From Octopus sinensis (Eukaryota), in contig NW_021833301.1 of NCBI RefSeq assembly GCF_006345805.1, positions 11,672 to 75,671 of the forward strand: a DNA stretch of 64,000 nt, given 5' to 3'. Positions within the stretch are counted from its first letter, which is position 1; every line of letters begins with the position of its first letter. Below the pieces are notes generated by a model that saw only the letters and a list, made by a program, of their open reading frames with translations, did no database searches and was not told where the DNA came from. The translations under genes and the position numbers were made by a program. Positions 53,561 to 64,000 of the stretch are shown here, in pieces.

Positions 53561-53810
53561 TTGTTTAACCTCTGGTCAGTCTTGATCAAGCAGACTGATT
53601 AATCAAAGGCATTCCACCCGTGAACATCGTGTCATAATTCTTCTCATGTATAAGGAATCCAGGAGGCTTTCAAAGCTGTCTTTTATCTTTTACGGTTTCA
53701 ATCACTGAATTGCGACCATGCTGAGGGAACCGACTTCAGAGGTTTCAGTCGAACAAATCAACCCCAGGACGTATTTTTCTGCTGAGTCGGGTACTTATTC
53801 CAACAGTATA

Positions 53811-54228
53811 GGCGCAGGAGTGGCTGTGTGGTAAGTAGCTGGCTTACCAACCACGTGGTTCCGGGTTCAGTCCCACTGCATGGCACCTTGGGGAAGTGTC
53901 TTTTACTATAGCCTCGGACCAACCAAAGCCTTGTGAGTGGATTTGGTGGACGGAAACTGAAAGAAGCCTGTCGTATATATATATGTGTGTGTGTGTGAGT
54001 GTGTGTGTGTGTATGTATATGTTTGTGTGTCTGTGTTTGTTCCCCCCAACATCGCTTGAAAACCGATGCTGGTGTTTTTACGTCCCTGTCAATTAGCAGT
54101 TCGACAAGAGCGACCGATAGAATAAGTAACTAGGCTTACAAAGAGTAAGTCCTGGTGTTGATTTGCTCCACTAAATGCGATGCTCCAGCATGGCCACAGT
54201 CAAATGACTGAAACATATAAAAGAAAAA
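53811..54228 (+). mobile_element. SINE family A, full length
   Basis: Matches the A consensus. Confidence 0.88.
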
Positions 54229-54627
54229 AATAGTATCTATTGCTATGATACGGGGACGTAAAAAAAAATACCTATAGCGGTTGTCAAGCAGTGAAGGGAG
54301 ACAAATACTAACATGCACGCACACATACGTACACACCTATTACAGAGTGCGGCAGAAAGATTGCCCCGATTTCAAAAGTTAAGAAAAGTGAAACACATGA
54401 AGATGCATGAAAAACTTTTGTATTTCTATGAAATTCTTTAAATGCCATTTTTCTTTTGTTTCATGTAGTACCCACCATGGCCTGCAGTGGAGAGCATCGC
54501 TTTTTCATGTATCTTCATGTGTTTGCTTTTTATTAGCCTTTAAATCGGAGCAACCTTTCTGCCGTACCCCGTACATATATGTATATATACATTTATATAC
54601 ATAGACATATATACATACACTTGCACA

Positions 54628-54683
<56 letters not shown>

Positions 54684-55095
54684 ACTTAGCGGTTGTATAC
54701 ACACACACATGCGCGCGCGCCCACATACACACGCACGCACACGCACACATATATATATAACTTAACAGTTTGGCAAAAGAGACCGATAGAATAAGTAGTA
54801 GGCTTACAAAGAATAAGTCCAGTGGTCGATTTGCTCGATTAAAGGCGGTGCTCCAGCATGGCCACAGTCAAATGAATGAAACAAGTAAAAGAGTAAAGAG
54901 TAAAAGACAATATATACACACATATATAAATACGTACGCACAAACAACGTATACTCATTTACAGCTGAGTGGGTCAACTTGAAATAAAGTATTCCCGGCT
55001 CGTCTGGGAATCGAAACCACGGTCTCGCGATTCTGAGTGCAATACACAAACCAGAGGGTCACACACATACTTATACTCATGTACACACACACACA

Positions 55096-55096
<1 letters not shown>

Positions 55097-55169
<73 letters not shown>

Positions 55170-55362
55170 TCACTGCCTGGAATCGAATTCGGAATCTTGG
55201 GGTTAAGATCGCAGGCTACTAACTCTAAGATTCCGAGTTCGAATCAACAACAACAACAACAACATCGAAAAATACCTTAGGAATGAGAACCCAGGTCCGA
55301 AATTTCCCCAAGACACCTGATGAAGGCTGGAGGGTATATCAGCTGTAACGTTGTTAACAACG
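55097..55362. mobile_element. tRNA-headed HHR element, head-to-head inverted copy
   Basis: Minus partial head + (AAT)n at 55097-55205; plus partial head, (AAC)n, body and HHR (CTGATGA at 55317-55323) at 55206-55362. Confidence 0.8.
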
Positions 55363-55493
55363 TTGTGGTTTTATTATCATCACCATCAACATCAACATCG
55401 TCGTCTTCATCATCATCAACGTGGTCATCATCATAATCACCGTCAACATCCGTTATCATCATCATTATCATAATCATCATCGTCGTTCGTCGT

Positions 55494-55649
55494 CTAGCGT
55501 AGCCAGAGTTTGTGCCGTCCTGGGCGGCACCTTCAGTTTGCTGCCCTCAGAACCACACTGAAAATACATATTGCTTACAGCAGACCTAAAGGTGGAGCCT
55601 CTCCTATAAAAGTGCCGCCCGCGGTGGAACCACCCTCTGGCTACGCAAG
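55494..55649. mobile_element. Small GC-rich MITE-like element
   Basis: Perfect 12-bp inverted termini GCGTAGCCAGAG (55497-55508) / CTCTGGCTACGC (55635-55646); internal GTGCCG/CGGCAC hairpin. Confidence 0.6.
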
Positions 55650-55819
55650 TGCCATCAGCATCACTATAATCGCCGTAGTCGTCGTCGTCGTTCTTCTCCT
55701 TCTCCACCTCTTCTTCTTCTTCATCATCGTCTTCATCGTCGTCGTCATCATTATCTTCAACATCATCATCATCACCATCCTCATCATCATCATTATCATC
55801 AAAGTCATGATCGTAACCT

Positions 55820-56045
55820 ATTTCTTTATTACCCACATGGGCTAAACATAGAGGGCACAAACAAGGACAGACAAACGGATTAAGTCGATTACATCGACCC
55901 CAGTGCGTAACTAGTACTTATTTAATCGACCCCGGAAGGATGAAAGGCAAAGTCGACCTCGGCGGAAATTGAACCCAGAACGTAACGGCAGACGAAATAC
56001 CGCTAAGCATTTCGCCCGGCGCGCTAACGTTTCTGCCAGCTCAGC
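55820..56045 (-). mobile_element. SINE family B
   Basis: Reverse complement of the B consensus. Confidence 0.88.
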
Positions 56046-56689
56046 ACCATCATCATCATCATCTTCGACATCATCCTCATTATCACCACCACCATCGACC
56101 CCAATTAGTACGTAGTGAGCAACATAATTTGCACAAACCTTCACGGTTATTTGTCCGTATCCTTGTGGCAAGCAAAAATGGTGTTGGCAGTGATGGTGTT
56201 TCCAAGGTGTGATGTTTGTTATGATGACTTCCCATCTAAACCTGGATCAACAAATCCGAATCTTCACAGAGAAAATGTATGATCAACAGCTTTCCTAATG
56301 TGACCACCCTGCCTGTTGAGCATACCTAGGACCACATGCATTGTTTTATGTCATTACAATTTCTGAAATGACTGGAATGTAATTTGACCGATATTTGGCT
56401 GCTATTTCTAGCATGTTGATCAACCAGGTAGAATTTCCCTCAGAAAATGGAGCTGTTGATTGCGGTAGTGACGCTCGCAGTGGTAGTGGTGGTAATGTTT
56501 GCCGTTGTTTACTCCCCGATCACTCCAGATCGAACAGATCAATGATCGAAGGTATTCCACCTTCAACATGTCTTTTTTTATTTATTTATTTTTTTTTTTT
56601 TCAGATTCTATCGAAGATTAACATTTATATTTTGTCCGTTCGGAAAAGAAGTAGAAACTTCCTCTTCTGGTAATGAAGATAAAGATGGC

Positions 56690-57700
56690 GGCGATGGTCG
56701 TGGAGGGGGGTGGCCATGCTGGTGGTAGTGGTGGTGGTGGTGGTAGTGGTGGTGGTGGTGGTAGTGGTGATGGTGGTAGTGGTGATGGTGGTAGTGGTGG
56801 TGGTGGTGGTGGTGGTCTTGGTGGTGGTGGTCTTGATGATGGTGGTGGTGGTGGTGATGATGGTGGTGGTGGTGGTGGTGGTGGTGTTGGTGATGGTAGT
56901 AGTGGTGATGGTGGTAATGGTGGTCTTGGTGGTGGTGGTCTTGGTGCTGGTGGTGGTAGTGGTGATGGTGGTTGTTTTGATGGTGGTAGTTTTGATGGCG
57001 GTAGTGGTCTTGGTAGTGGTCTTGGTGGTGGTGGTGGTGGTGGTAGTGGTGGTGGTGGTGGTGATGATGTTGGTGGTGGTGGTGGTGATGATGTTGTGGT
57101 GGTGGTGGTGGTGGTGGTGGTGGTGGTGGTGGTGGTGGAGGTGGTGGGGGTGATGTTGTTGGTAGTAGTGGTGATGATGATTTTGGTGGTAGTAATGGTG
57201 GTGGTGGTTGCGGTGGTAGTGGTGGTAGTGGTGATGGTGGTAGTTGTGATGGTCTTGGTGGTGGTGGTGGTGGTGATGTTGGTAGTAGTGGTGATGATGA
57301 TTTTGGTTGTAGTAATGGTGGTGATAACGATGGCGGTGGTAGTGATGTTAATATAATAATCTGTGATTTTGATGGAGGTGGTAGTGGTGATGTGGCGGTG
57401 GTAGTGGTGGTGCTACTGCAACTGCTGGTTGGTGGGGGGGATGGTGGTGGTAGTGGTGGTGGTGCTACTGCTACTGCTACTGCTGCTGCTGGTGGTGCTG
57501 GTGGTGTTGGTGTTGGTGTTAGAGGTGCTGGTGATGATGACGATGGTGATGGTGGTGGTGGTGGTGGTGGTGGTGGTAGTGGTGGTGGTGCTTGTGCTGG
57601 TGCTGGTGCTGCTGGTGGTAGTAGTGGTGGTGGTGGTGGCGGTGCTGCTGCTGCTGCTGGTTCTGGTGATGGCGTTAGCGCTGCTCGTAGTGGTGTTGTA
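56690..57700. repeat. (GGT)n/(GAT)n/(GCT)n triplet mosaic, about 1 kb
   Basis: Direct inspection. Confidence 0.92.
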
Positions 57701-59479
57701 GACGGTTGTGTTTGGCGGCAAAGTTTGCAGACAGAGATCCAGACGCATGCATCGACCGTACTAAAACGGATGAAAGCAATGAGAGAAAAATAAAGAGGGT
57801 GAGAGAAAGGAGGGGAAATAAAGGAAGCAAAAAGTGTAAAGAAAGATAAAAGTGAGGAAGAGAGAAAGAGAGAGACAGAGAGGGAAGAGGGAGACTGGAG
57901 GATGGAAGAAGGAAGAGAGGGAGAGAGAGGGAATGTCAGGACGAAAGTCATAGGAGAAAGAAAAAAAAGAGAGATTGCATATAGTAGTGTCAAGCGGTAA
58001 AGAAAGATATAAGGGAAATCGAGAGAGAGAGAGAGGGACAGACAGAGAGACAGACAGACAGACAGAGACAGACAAGACAGCAGAATGAGAGAGAGAGAGA
58101 GAGTGAAAGCGAGATGTGAGAGAGAAAGAAAGATAGACTGAGACATACAGTGGAGAATGAATGTGAGAAACCTGATTGGTTGGTTATTCCATGTTATTAT
58201 GGTAGACATTACAAGCAATACATTTATTTTCATTATTTATATTTATTTTTTTTTTTTCTATTAATCTTTCTTCTGCCCCCACCCGCGCCGCTACCACCAC
58301 GAACTGATCAATGGCTGGAAGATCTAAAAGATGTGAATCGGGTATGGGTTATTGGTTAAAGGGTTGTGGGTATGTGGTGGAATAACGGTGTGAGGCGAGG
58401 ATTAGAAAATCTATAAGTTATGCATATGTGAGATGTCATGTGGATATACGGATATGTGGACACGTTGTTGTTGTTCTTATTGTGTTGTTGTTGTTGTTGT
58501 TGTTGCTGTTGTTATTTAGCCCTGGGTAGATGTCGTTATATATCTACCGAGTAGACTTACGATCAAAATCACTCCAATAATGACCATCCAGTCTGTTTTG
58601 TTTTTTTTCAGAGGTGACACGCTCATAAGAACATATTACCATTTTCTTACGTAGCATTTTCTTAAACGGTAAGGGAGTGACTTCAAAGAATTTGACTGCT
58701 ATTTCTAGCACACCGTGTGACCATCTAGAGGCCTGCATTTTCTTAGATCATATGTGAACATGTGGGTTGGTGGGTACGTAGAGATGAAGTGGTGACTTTG
58801 ATACTGTTGATTCCGTTCGAGCAATAACAGAAGTCATGTCTCACCATCCAATACCCAGGGCACGGGGTTGGTGGTTATGGATGGAATGGGGGATTTTTTT
58901 TTTTTTTGAGCATGTATAAGTATGCAGTATTATGCGTTGAGATGTGGAGACATGGGGATTTGACTTTGATACTGTTGACTGATAATAGAGGGCGCTATTG
59001 GAAAAGGCTTGCCTCGCTGAACGTATTGTAATTACCAATCAACTGTGCCTTTTTGTTCATGGTGCTTAAGTGAAATTCTTCTGGGGTTTTCCGCCGGCAA
59101 TTAGGTCCATATGCAACACGCATGCCTTCCTGCAGACAGCTTCCACATATCAATATTGTGTTAACTGATTCGCTTGTGTTGGCATGCATGTGAATTTTCT
59201 GTGTGTCTGAGTGCTTAAGCGTGCAAATGTTTCTCCATGGGCATACCTCGTATGTGGGGTTGTGCGCGTGCGTGCGTGTGGATGAGTCAGAGTCTGTATG
59301 TTTGTCTGTATGTATTTCTGATATACACGCAAGCAAATACAGACACACGCACGCATGCACACACACACAGGGACGCACACATGGATGCGTGCAGACACAC
59401 ACACAAACAGAGGAAAAGAGGGGTAGAAAGTGACAGACAAATTGACAGATCGAGTGAAGGAGTGAGTGAGTGAGAGTTA

Positions 59480-59951
59480 GATATCTACACAGACAAACAG
59501 CAAGAGAAAGACAGACTGGCAGAATTGATAGACAATTGATAGACAGGCAGAAAATAATTGATAGATAGATAGAGAGGGAGGGGAGAGAGAGAGAGAGGAG
59601 AGAAAGAGAGAGAAAGAGAGGGAGAGAGAGGCATATGAATAGACAAACAGGCAGGCGGATACACAGAGAGACAGACAGACAGATAAATAGATAAACTAGA
59701 TATATAGATAAAATAGAAAGGCACATGGATAGACAGATATAGATACTAGATATAGATAGATAGATAGATAGATGATAGATAATAGATAGATAGATAAGAT
59801 ACATACAGATACATGATATAGACAGATAGATAGATTATATAGATAAAATAGATAAGATATCATAGAATTGGTAGGGGGATAGGAAAAAAAAATGATCAAT
59901 AGGGATTATCAGATAGGATAGATGTATGACAGACAGACAGACAGACAGTTT

Positions 59952-60027
<76 letters not shown>

Positions 60028-60089
60028 GATAGGATAGGCAGGGCAGGCAGACAGAGACAACGACAGAACAGACAGACAGACAGACAGAC

Positions 60090-60162
<73 letters not shown>

Positions 60163-60180
60163 CAGACAGATAGATAGATA
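59480..60180. repeat. (GATA)n/(GACA)n/(GA)n microsatellite field
   Basis: Direct inspection. Confidence 0.9.
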
Positions 60181-60925
60181 TCATTAATTATTTAACAAGT
60201 AAACGTCTAACGTGCACTCTATACTGGAATCGTTTTCTTGTATATAGAATATACTGAATCACTGTGGCCATAATCTTCTGTCTTCGCCAAATGCAGGTAA
60301 AATGCATTGAGCAGAACACGTATGCAGTGTTTATAGACCTCACAAAAGCTTTCGATACAGTATCCCATGATAGGCTTTAGGTGGTTTTTCAGAAACATGG
60401 ATGTCCTCGAAGGTTTATCAACTTAGTCAGGTCTCTGCACGAAGAAATTCAGACATTTTCAGTACACGATAGCAATATCTCAAGCGAGTGTCCGGTGACA
60501 AATTGAGTTAAACAAGAGGGTTTACTTACCTCAGTGCAACTCTATCTCTATCTCACAGCAGAGATAGAAGTTGCTTTCGTGGGATTTGAAGGGATTTACA
60601 TCCAGTTGCGGCGTGAATCTGATCGGTTCAATGCTGCGCAGTATAAAGCAAAGATGTCCACTACGAAGGAATTAGTGAGAGCGATACTGCTTTCTGATGA
60701 CAGCACGGTGGTTGCTCACAGCGCAGAAGATATGCAGAAACTGGCAGATAACTTTGCCAGAGCTGCACAACAGTCCAACTTAAGATTAACATCAGGAAAA
60801 CTGAATAACTTCACCAACCTGTGGAGAACACAACTGCTCCTGTAAAAGAGGAAAACATCACTATTAGATAAATTATTTGCATTATTTACAATCGACGGAT
60901 AGTTGTCCTCGTCTTGTTTGTTGTT

Positions 60926-60971
60926 AACACAACATTTCGGCTGATATACCCTCCAGCCTTTATCAGGTGTG
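60926..60971 (-). ncRNA. Minimal hammerhead motif (G8A and CpG-decay substitutions)
   Basis: ACAC-CTGATAA-A-GGCTG GAGGGTATAT CAGCC-GAAA-TG-TT-GTGTT. Confidence 0.65.
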
Positions 60972-61031
60972 TTGGGGAAATTTCGAACCTGGGTTCTCAT
61001 TCCTAAGGGAGTTTTCGATGTTGTTGTTGTT

Positions 61032-61089
<58 letters not shown>

Positions 61090-61230
61090 TTGTTGTTGTT
61101 GTTGTTGTGTTGTTGTTATTCAGGTCACTGCCTGGAATCGAACTCGGAATCTTGGGGTTAGTAGCCCGCGCTCTCAACCACTTCGCCATGTGCCAGTGGG
61201 AATGAGAACTCAGGTTCGAAATTTCCCCAA

Positions 61231-61276
61231 GACACGTGATGAAGGTTGGAGGGTTTATCAGCCGAAACGTTGTGTT
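61231..61276 (+). ncRNA. Minimal hammerhead motif (C3G substitution in this copy)
   Basis: GACAC-GTGATGA-A-GGTTG GAGGGTTTAT CAGCC-GAAA-CG-TT-GTGTT. Confidence 0.7.
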
Positions 61277-62446
61277 AACAACAAACAAGATGAGGGCAAA
61301 TATCCGTCAATTGTAAATAATGCAAATAATGTAAATAATGTACATATTTTCACATCCATTGAATATAGAACTGTATTACTATTAGACATAAAAGGGCTGA
61401 CTCTATGTGAAGCAATCAAATACTAAGGCAGCACCATATCAGATAATGCACAACTGGGCAAGGAAATAAAATACGGAATGAGCAGGGCTGGTACTTCATT
61501 TGGGAGGCTGCGGAAGAGTCTGAAGAAAAATAGGCATCTTTCTATACGTGTCAAATGTAAAGTATACCGGTCTATAATGCTTTCTTCACTGCTGTGTGGA
61601 GTTGAAAAAACCTGGATAGTCTATAAAGCTCAAGCTGACATGTTACATTCATACATGTTGAGACAGTTATGACGAATTAGGAATATCACTGTCTGGGATG
61701 CTGTTCTGCTATCCATGATGGAAACCCTCGTTGGGAGAAATTGATGTTGGTCGGAACACTAACACGGGATGGACAACAACAAAACTCTCCAGACAACTCA
61801 TTTTCTCCCAACTTTGCAATGGGAAATGAAACCATGGAAGACTTAGACGGGAATGAAGTGGAAAGAATTTGTTCATAATCAATGGCAAACTCAAGTGAAA
61901 AACCGACCAGAAAGCTTATCAAGTCATGGCAAGGTGGTGAGCTGATCTAGTTGTGACGACTGACTGCAGATGATAGGCAAACATATATAAATGCATACAT
62001 TCTCGTCAGAGTTTGAAATAGCAAGGACAATAGAGTTCAGTTTGAGAAGAGACATGATTTAAATCTCAATGGTGATATAGTTCTCTTCGAGAACGGAAAG
62101 ATAAGCAAAGATGATCAACGAATCCAATCTACGTTATTTTCTATTCGAAACAATTAGTATATCTATTTTTCTGCGTTCAAAGGGAATAACAAAGTGCAAT
62201 TACATCACTTTAAAGATACACAGGAAAAAACATACATACTCCTAAAATAACAAAATATACTTTAGGTACAGGCATAGCTGTGTAGTTAGGAAACTCTCCT
62301 TGCAAACGCATAGCTTCAGATTCAGTCTCATTACGCAGAGCCTTGGACAAGTTTTTTTCTGTTATAGCCCCGGACCGTCTAATTACATGAGAAAATTTGG
62401 TCGACGCACACTGTATGTATGTATGGTATGCATGTATGTATGTATG

Positions 62447-62477
<31 letters not shown>

Positions 62478-62488
62478 TGTATGTATGT

Positions 62489-62755
62489 GTGGAGGCACAT
62501 GGCCTAGTGGTTAGAGCAGCGAACTCGCGGGTTCGAATCTCAGACCAGGCGATGTGTGTGTTTATGAGTGAAACACCTAAGCTCCACGCGGCTCCAGCAG
62601 AAGGTAATGGCGAACGTCTGCTGACTCTTTCGCAACAACTTTCTCTCACACTTTTCTTCTGCATCTTGCAGCTCACTTGCGCCGGACTGGGGAACCTATA
62701 CGCCAAGGAAACCGGCCCATTATGAGCCAGGCATGGCTCGAGAAGGAACAAACAT
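62489..62755 (+). mobile_element. SINE family C variant
   Basis: GGAGGCACATGGCCTAGTGGTTAGAGCAGC...GGTTCGAATC head; tail GAAACCGGCCCATTATGAGCCAGGC similar to the 22243 copy. Confidence 0.8.
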
Positions 62756-64000
62756 GTATGTATGTATGTATGTATGTATGTATGTATGTATGTATGTATG
62801 TATGTATGTGTGTATTCTTTGTATGTATACTAATATAAAAGTGCTATACCTAAATAATATTTGATCTTGAAGACTGTCGGTAAATATTTCACAAAAGGTG
62901 CAGCATATTTTATTTCTCAAATAAAATCTCACCATTATGTATGCCATTCAGTTTTCATCTCTACAGTATTTTCTTCATATTTAACACAGATATTTTAGAA
63001 AGATAATAAAATATGAACATGAAATTAAAATTAAAACATCTCTATTTGTTGCCTCTTAAGATTGCTTTCTTTCTTTTTGTTGTTGCTAATATCATATTTG
63101 CCCCATATCTTATACTTAACGGAAATTTATTGTATAAATGTAGTGTATTTTTACAAATATTTTTTTCTTCTCTATGGTAATAAATGAATACGGTTTTATG
63201 ATTAAACGAGGTCTTTGTGTTTTATCGATGGAATATATCTGCCAAATATCTTTGGCGTAATTATTCTTTAATGAAATAGCAAAAATGATTCTGATAGAAG
63301 TTACATGAATGTGGGATGTAATCTGTTAAATCTAGGTGAAAGAGAAAGAATAGCAAATAGTTTCGCCCAGAATTCTTCACACTCCAAACGTATATATATA
63401 TATTTGCCTGTATATATGAATGTATATATATGTATACATGTTTATACTCATATATATATTCGCACAAACACATGCTATTCATATATATATAATTATTTAT
63501 GTATGTATGTGTGTGTGTACATATGTATATTTGTATGCATGTATAGTTAATTTAAAGATCCTCCGTGGTTTTCAACGATGAATGATCTAGATACACAATA
63601 GATTCCTCAGAAAGCATCATCTGACACACAGTATTATACAGTTGACCGCTTGAATTATCAATGCCATCCACCTTATGAGCTTCCACGCAGTTTCCATGTA
63701 CTCAATTTTATGTGAAATGGTAGCGATGGCCCAAAATATATATATTTAAAAACAAATATATGTTAAGGAGCCGTTCAGGAGATTCGATCCGGAGAATCAA
63801 CAATTGTGGTGGGAACATCCCACCAACATGGTTATTCATACGTAGTATGAATATATGTATATGTAGGTATATTTATATGTACATATATATACATGTTTGT
63901 GTGTATATATACGTATGTTCATGTATTTATATATATATATATACATATATGTATATATATGTGCATATATGTAATTTATATGAATATATATATTATATAT

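Larger units (their letters stand above)
60874..61340 (-). mobile_element. tRNA-headed, HHR-tailed non-coding element with inverted 3'-terminal duplicate
   Basis: Minus strand: tRNA-like head 61194-61123, (AAC)n, body, HHR 60971-60926; plus-strand inverted copy of body and HHR at 61197-61340. Confidence 0.85.
60255..61920 (+). mobile_element. RTE-clade LINE RT remnant split by an insertion at 60869-61377
   Basis: IFCLRQMQ.KCIEQN..AVFIDLTKAFDTVS..VKQ..LLSDD..AHSAEDMQ, then KY*GSTIS..SRAGTSFGRLRK..KCKVYRSIMLSSLL. Confidence 0.88.

Noticed and set aside
52569-58233. Long ORFs (306 aa at 52569+, 541 aa at 56608-, 227 aa at 56673+) and the many YI/CV/HT/poly-G/V/M ORFs across the window
   Set aside because: They are translations of stop-free microsatellite mosaics, open in several frames at once, with no domain content or splice context.
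58795-58978. 18-bp direct repeat TGACTTTGATACTGTTGA
   Set aside because: Only two copies with no associated structure; probably a small local duplication or TSD.
60694-60760. CTGATGA...GAAA inside the RTE RT
   Set aside because: It encodes the LSDD catalytic-region motif and has no HHR helices.
63560-63615. Minus-strand CTGAGGA-ATCTA/TAGAT hairpin
   Set aside because: GAAA is 11 nt away from helix II and no helix III forms.

Overview
Repeat-saturated, AT-rich animal genomic DNA. The SINE families and heavy microsatellite load resemble Octopus/cephalopod sequence (inference; no database check). No intact protein-coding gene or convincing host exon was found. Most ORF-track entries are translated microsatellites, and the rest are decayed transposon ORFs: mariner DD34D, maT DD37D, another ITm, Tc1, CR1/L2-group and RTE LINEs, and Penelope GIY-YIG. 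Three recurrent tRNA-headed SINE families (here A, B, C) occur in many copies. The main unexplained signal is a dense set of minimal hammerhead-ribozyme (HHR) motifs: about 13 recognisable copies from at least five unrelated sequence families. Most have a palindromic or near-palindromic helix III, and nearly all lie 55-225 nt upstream of an end that runs into (TA)n. One family is physically tied to a Penelope endonuclease remnant with an inverted terminal duplication (49.15-50.88 kb). A second family is a non-coding tRNA-headed element with an HHR tail and the same inverted-terminus architecture (60.87-61.34 kb and 55.1-55.36 kb). This suggests a Pol III SINE/retrozyme hybrid mobilised by Penelope machinery. 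All RNA folds and alignments were done by eye, and element boundaries are approximate (about +/-10-20 nt).
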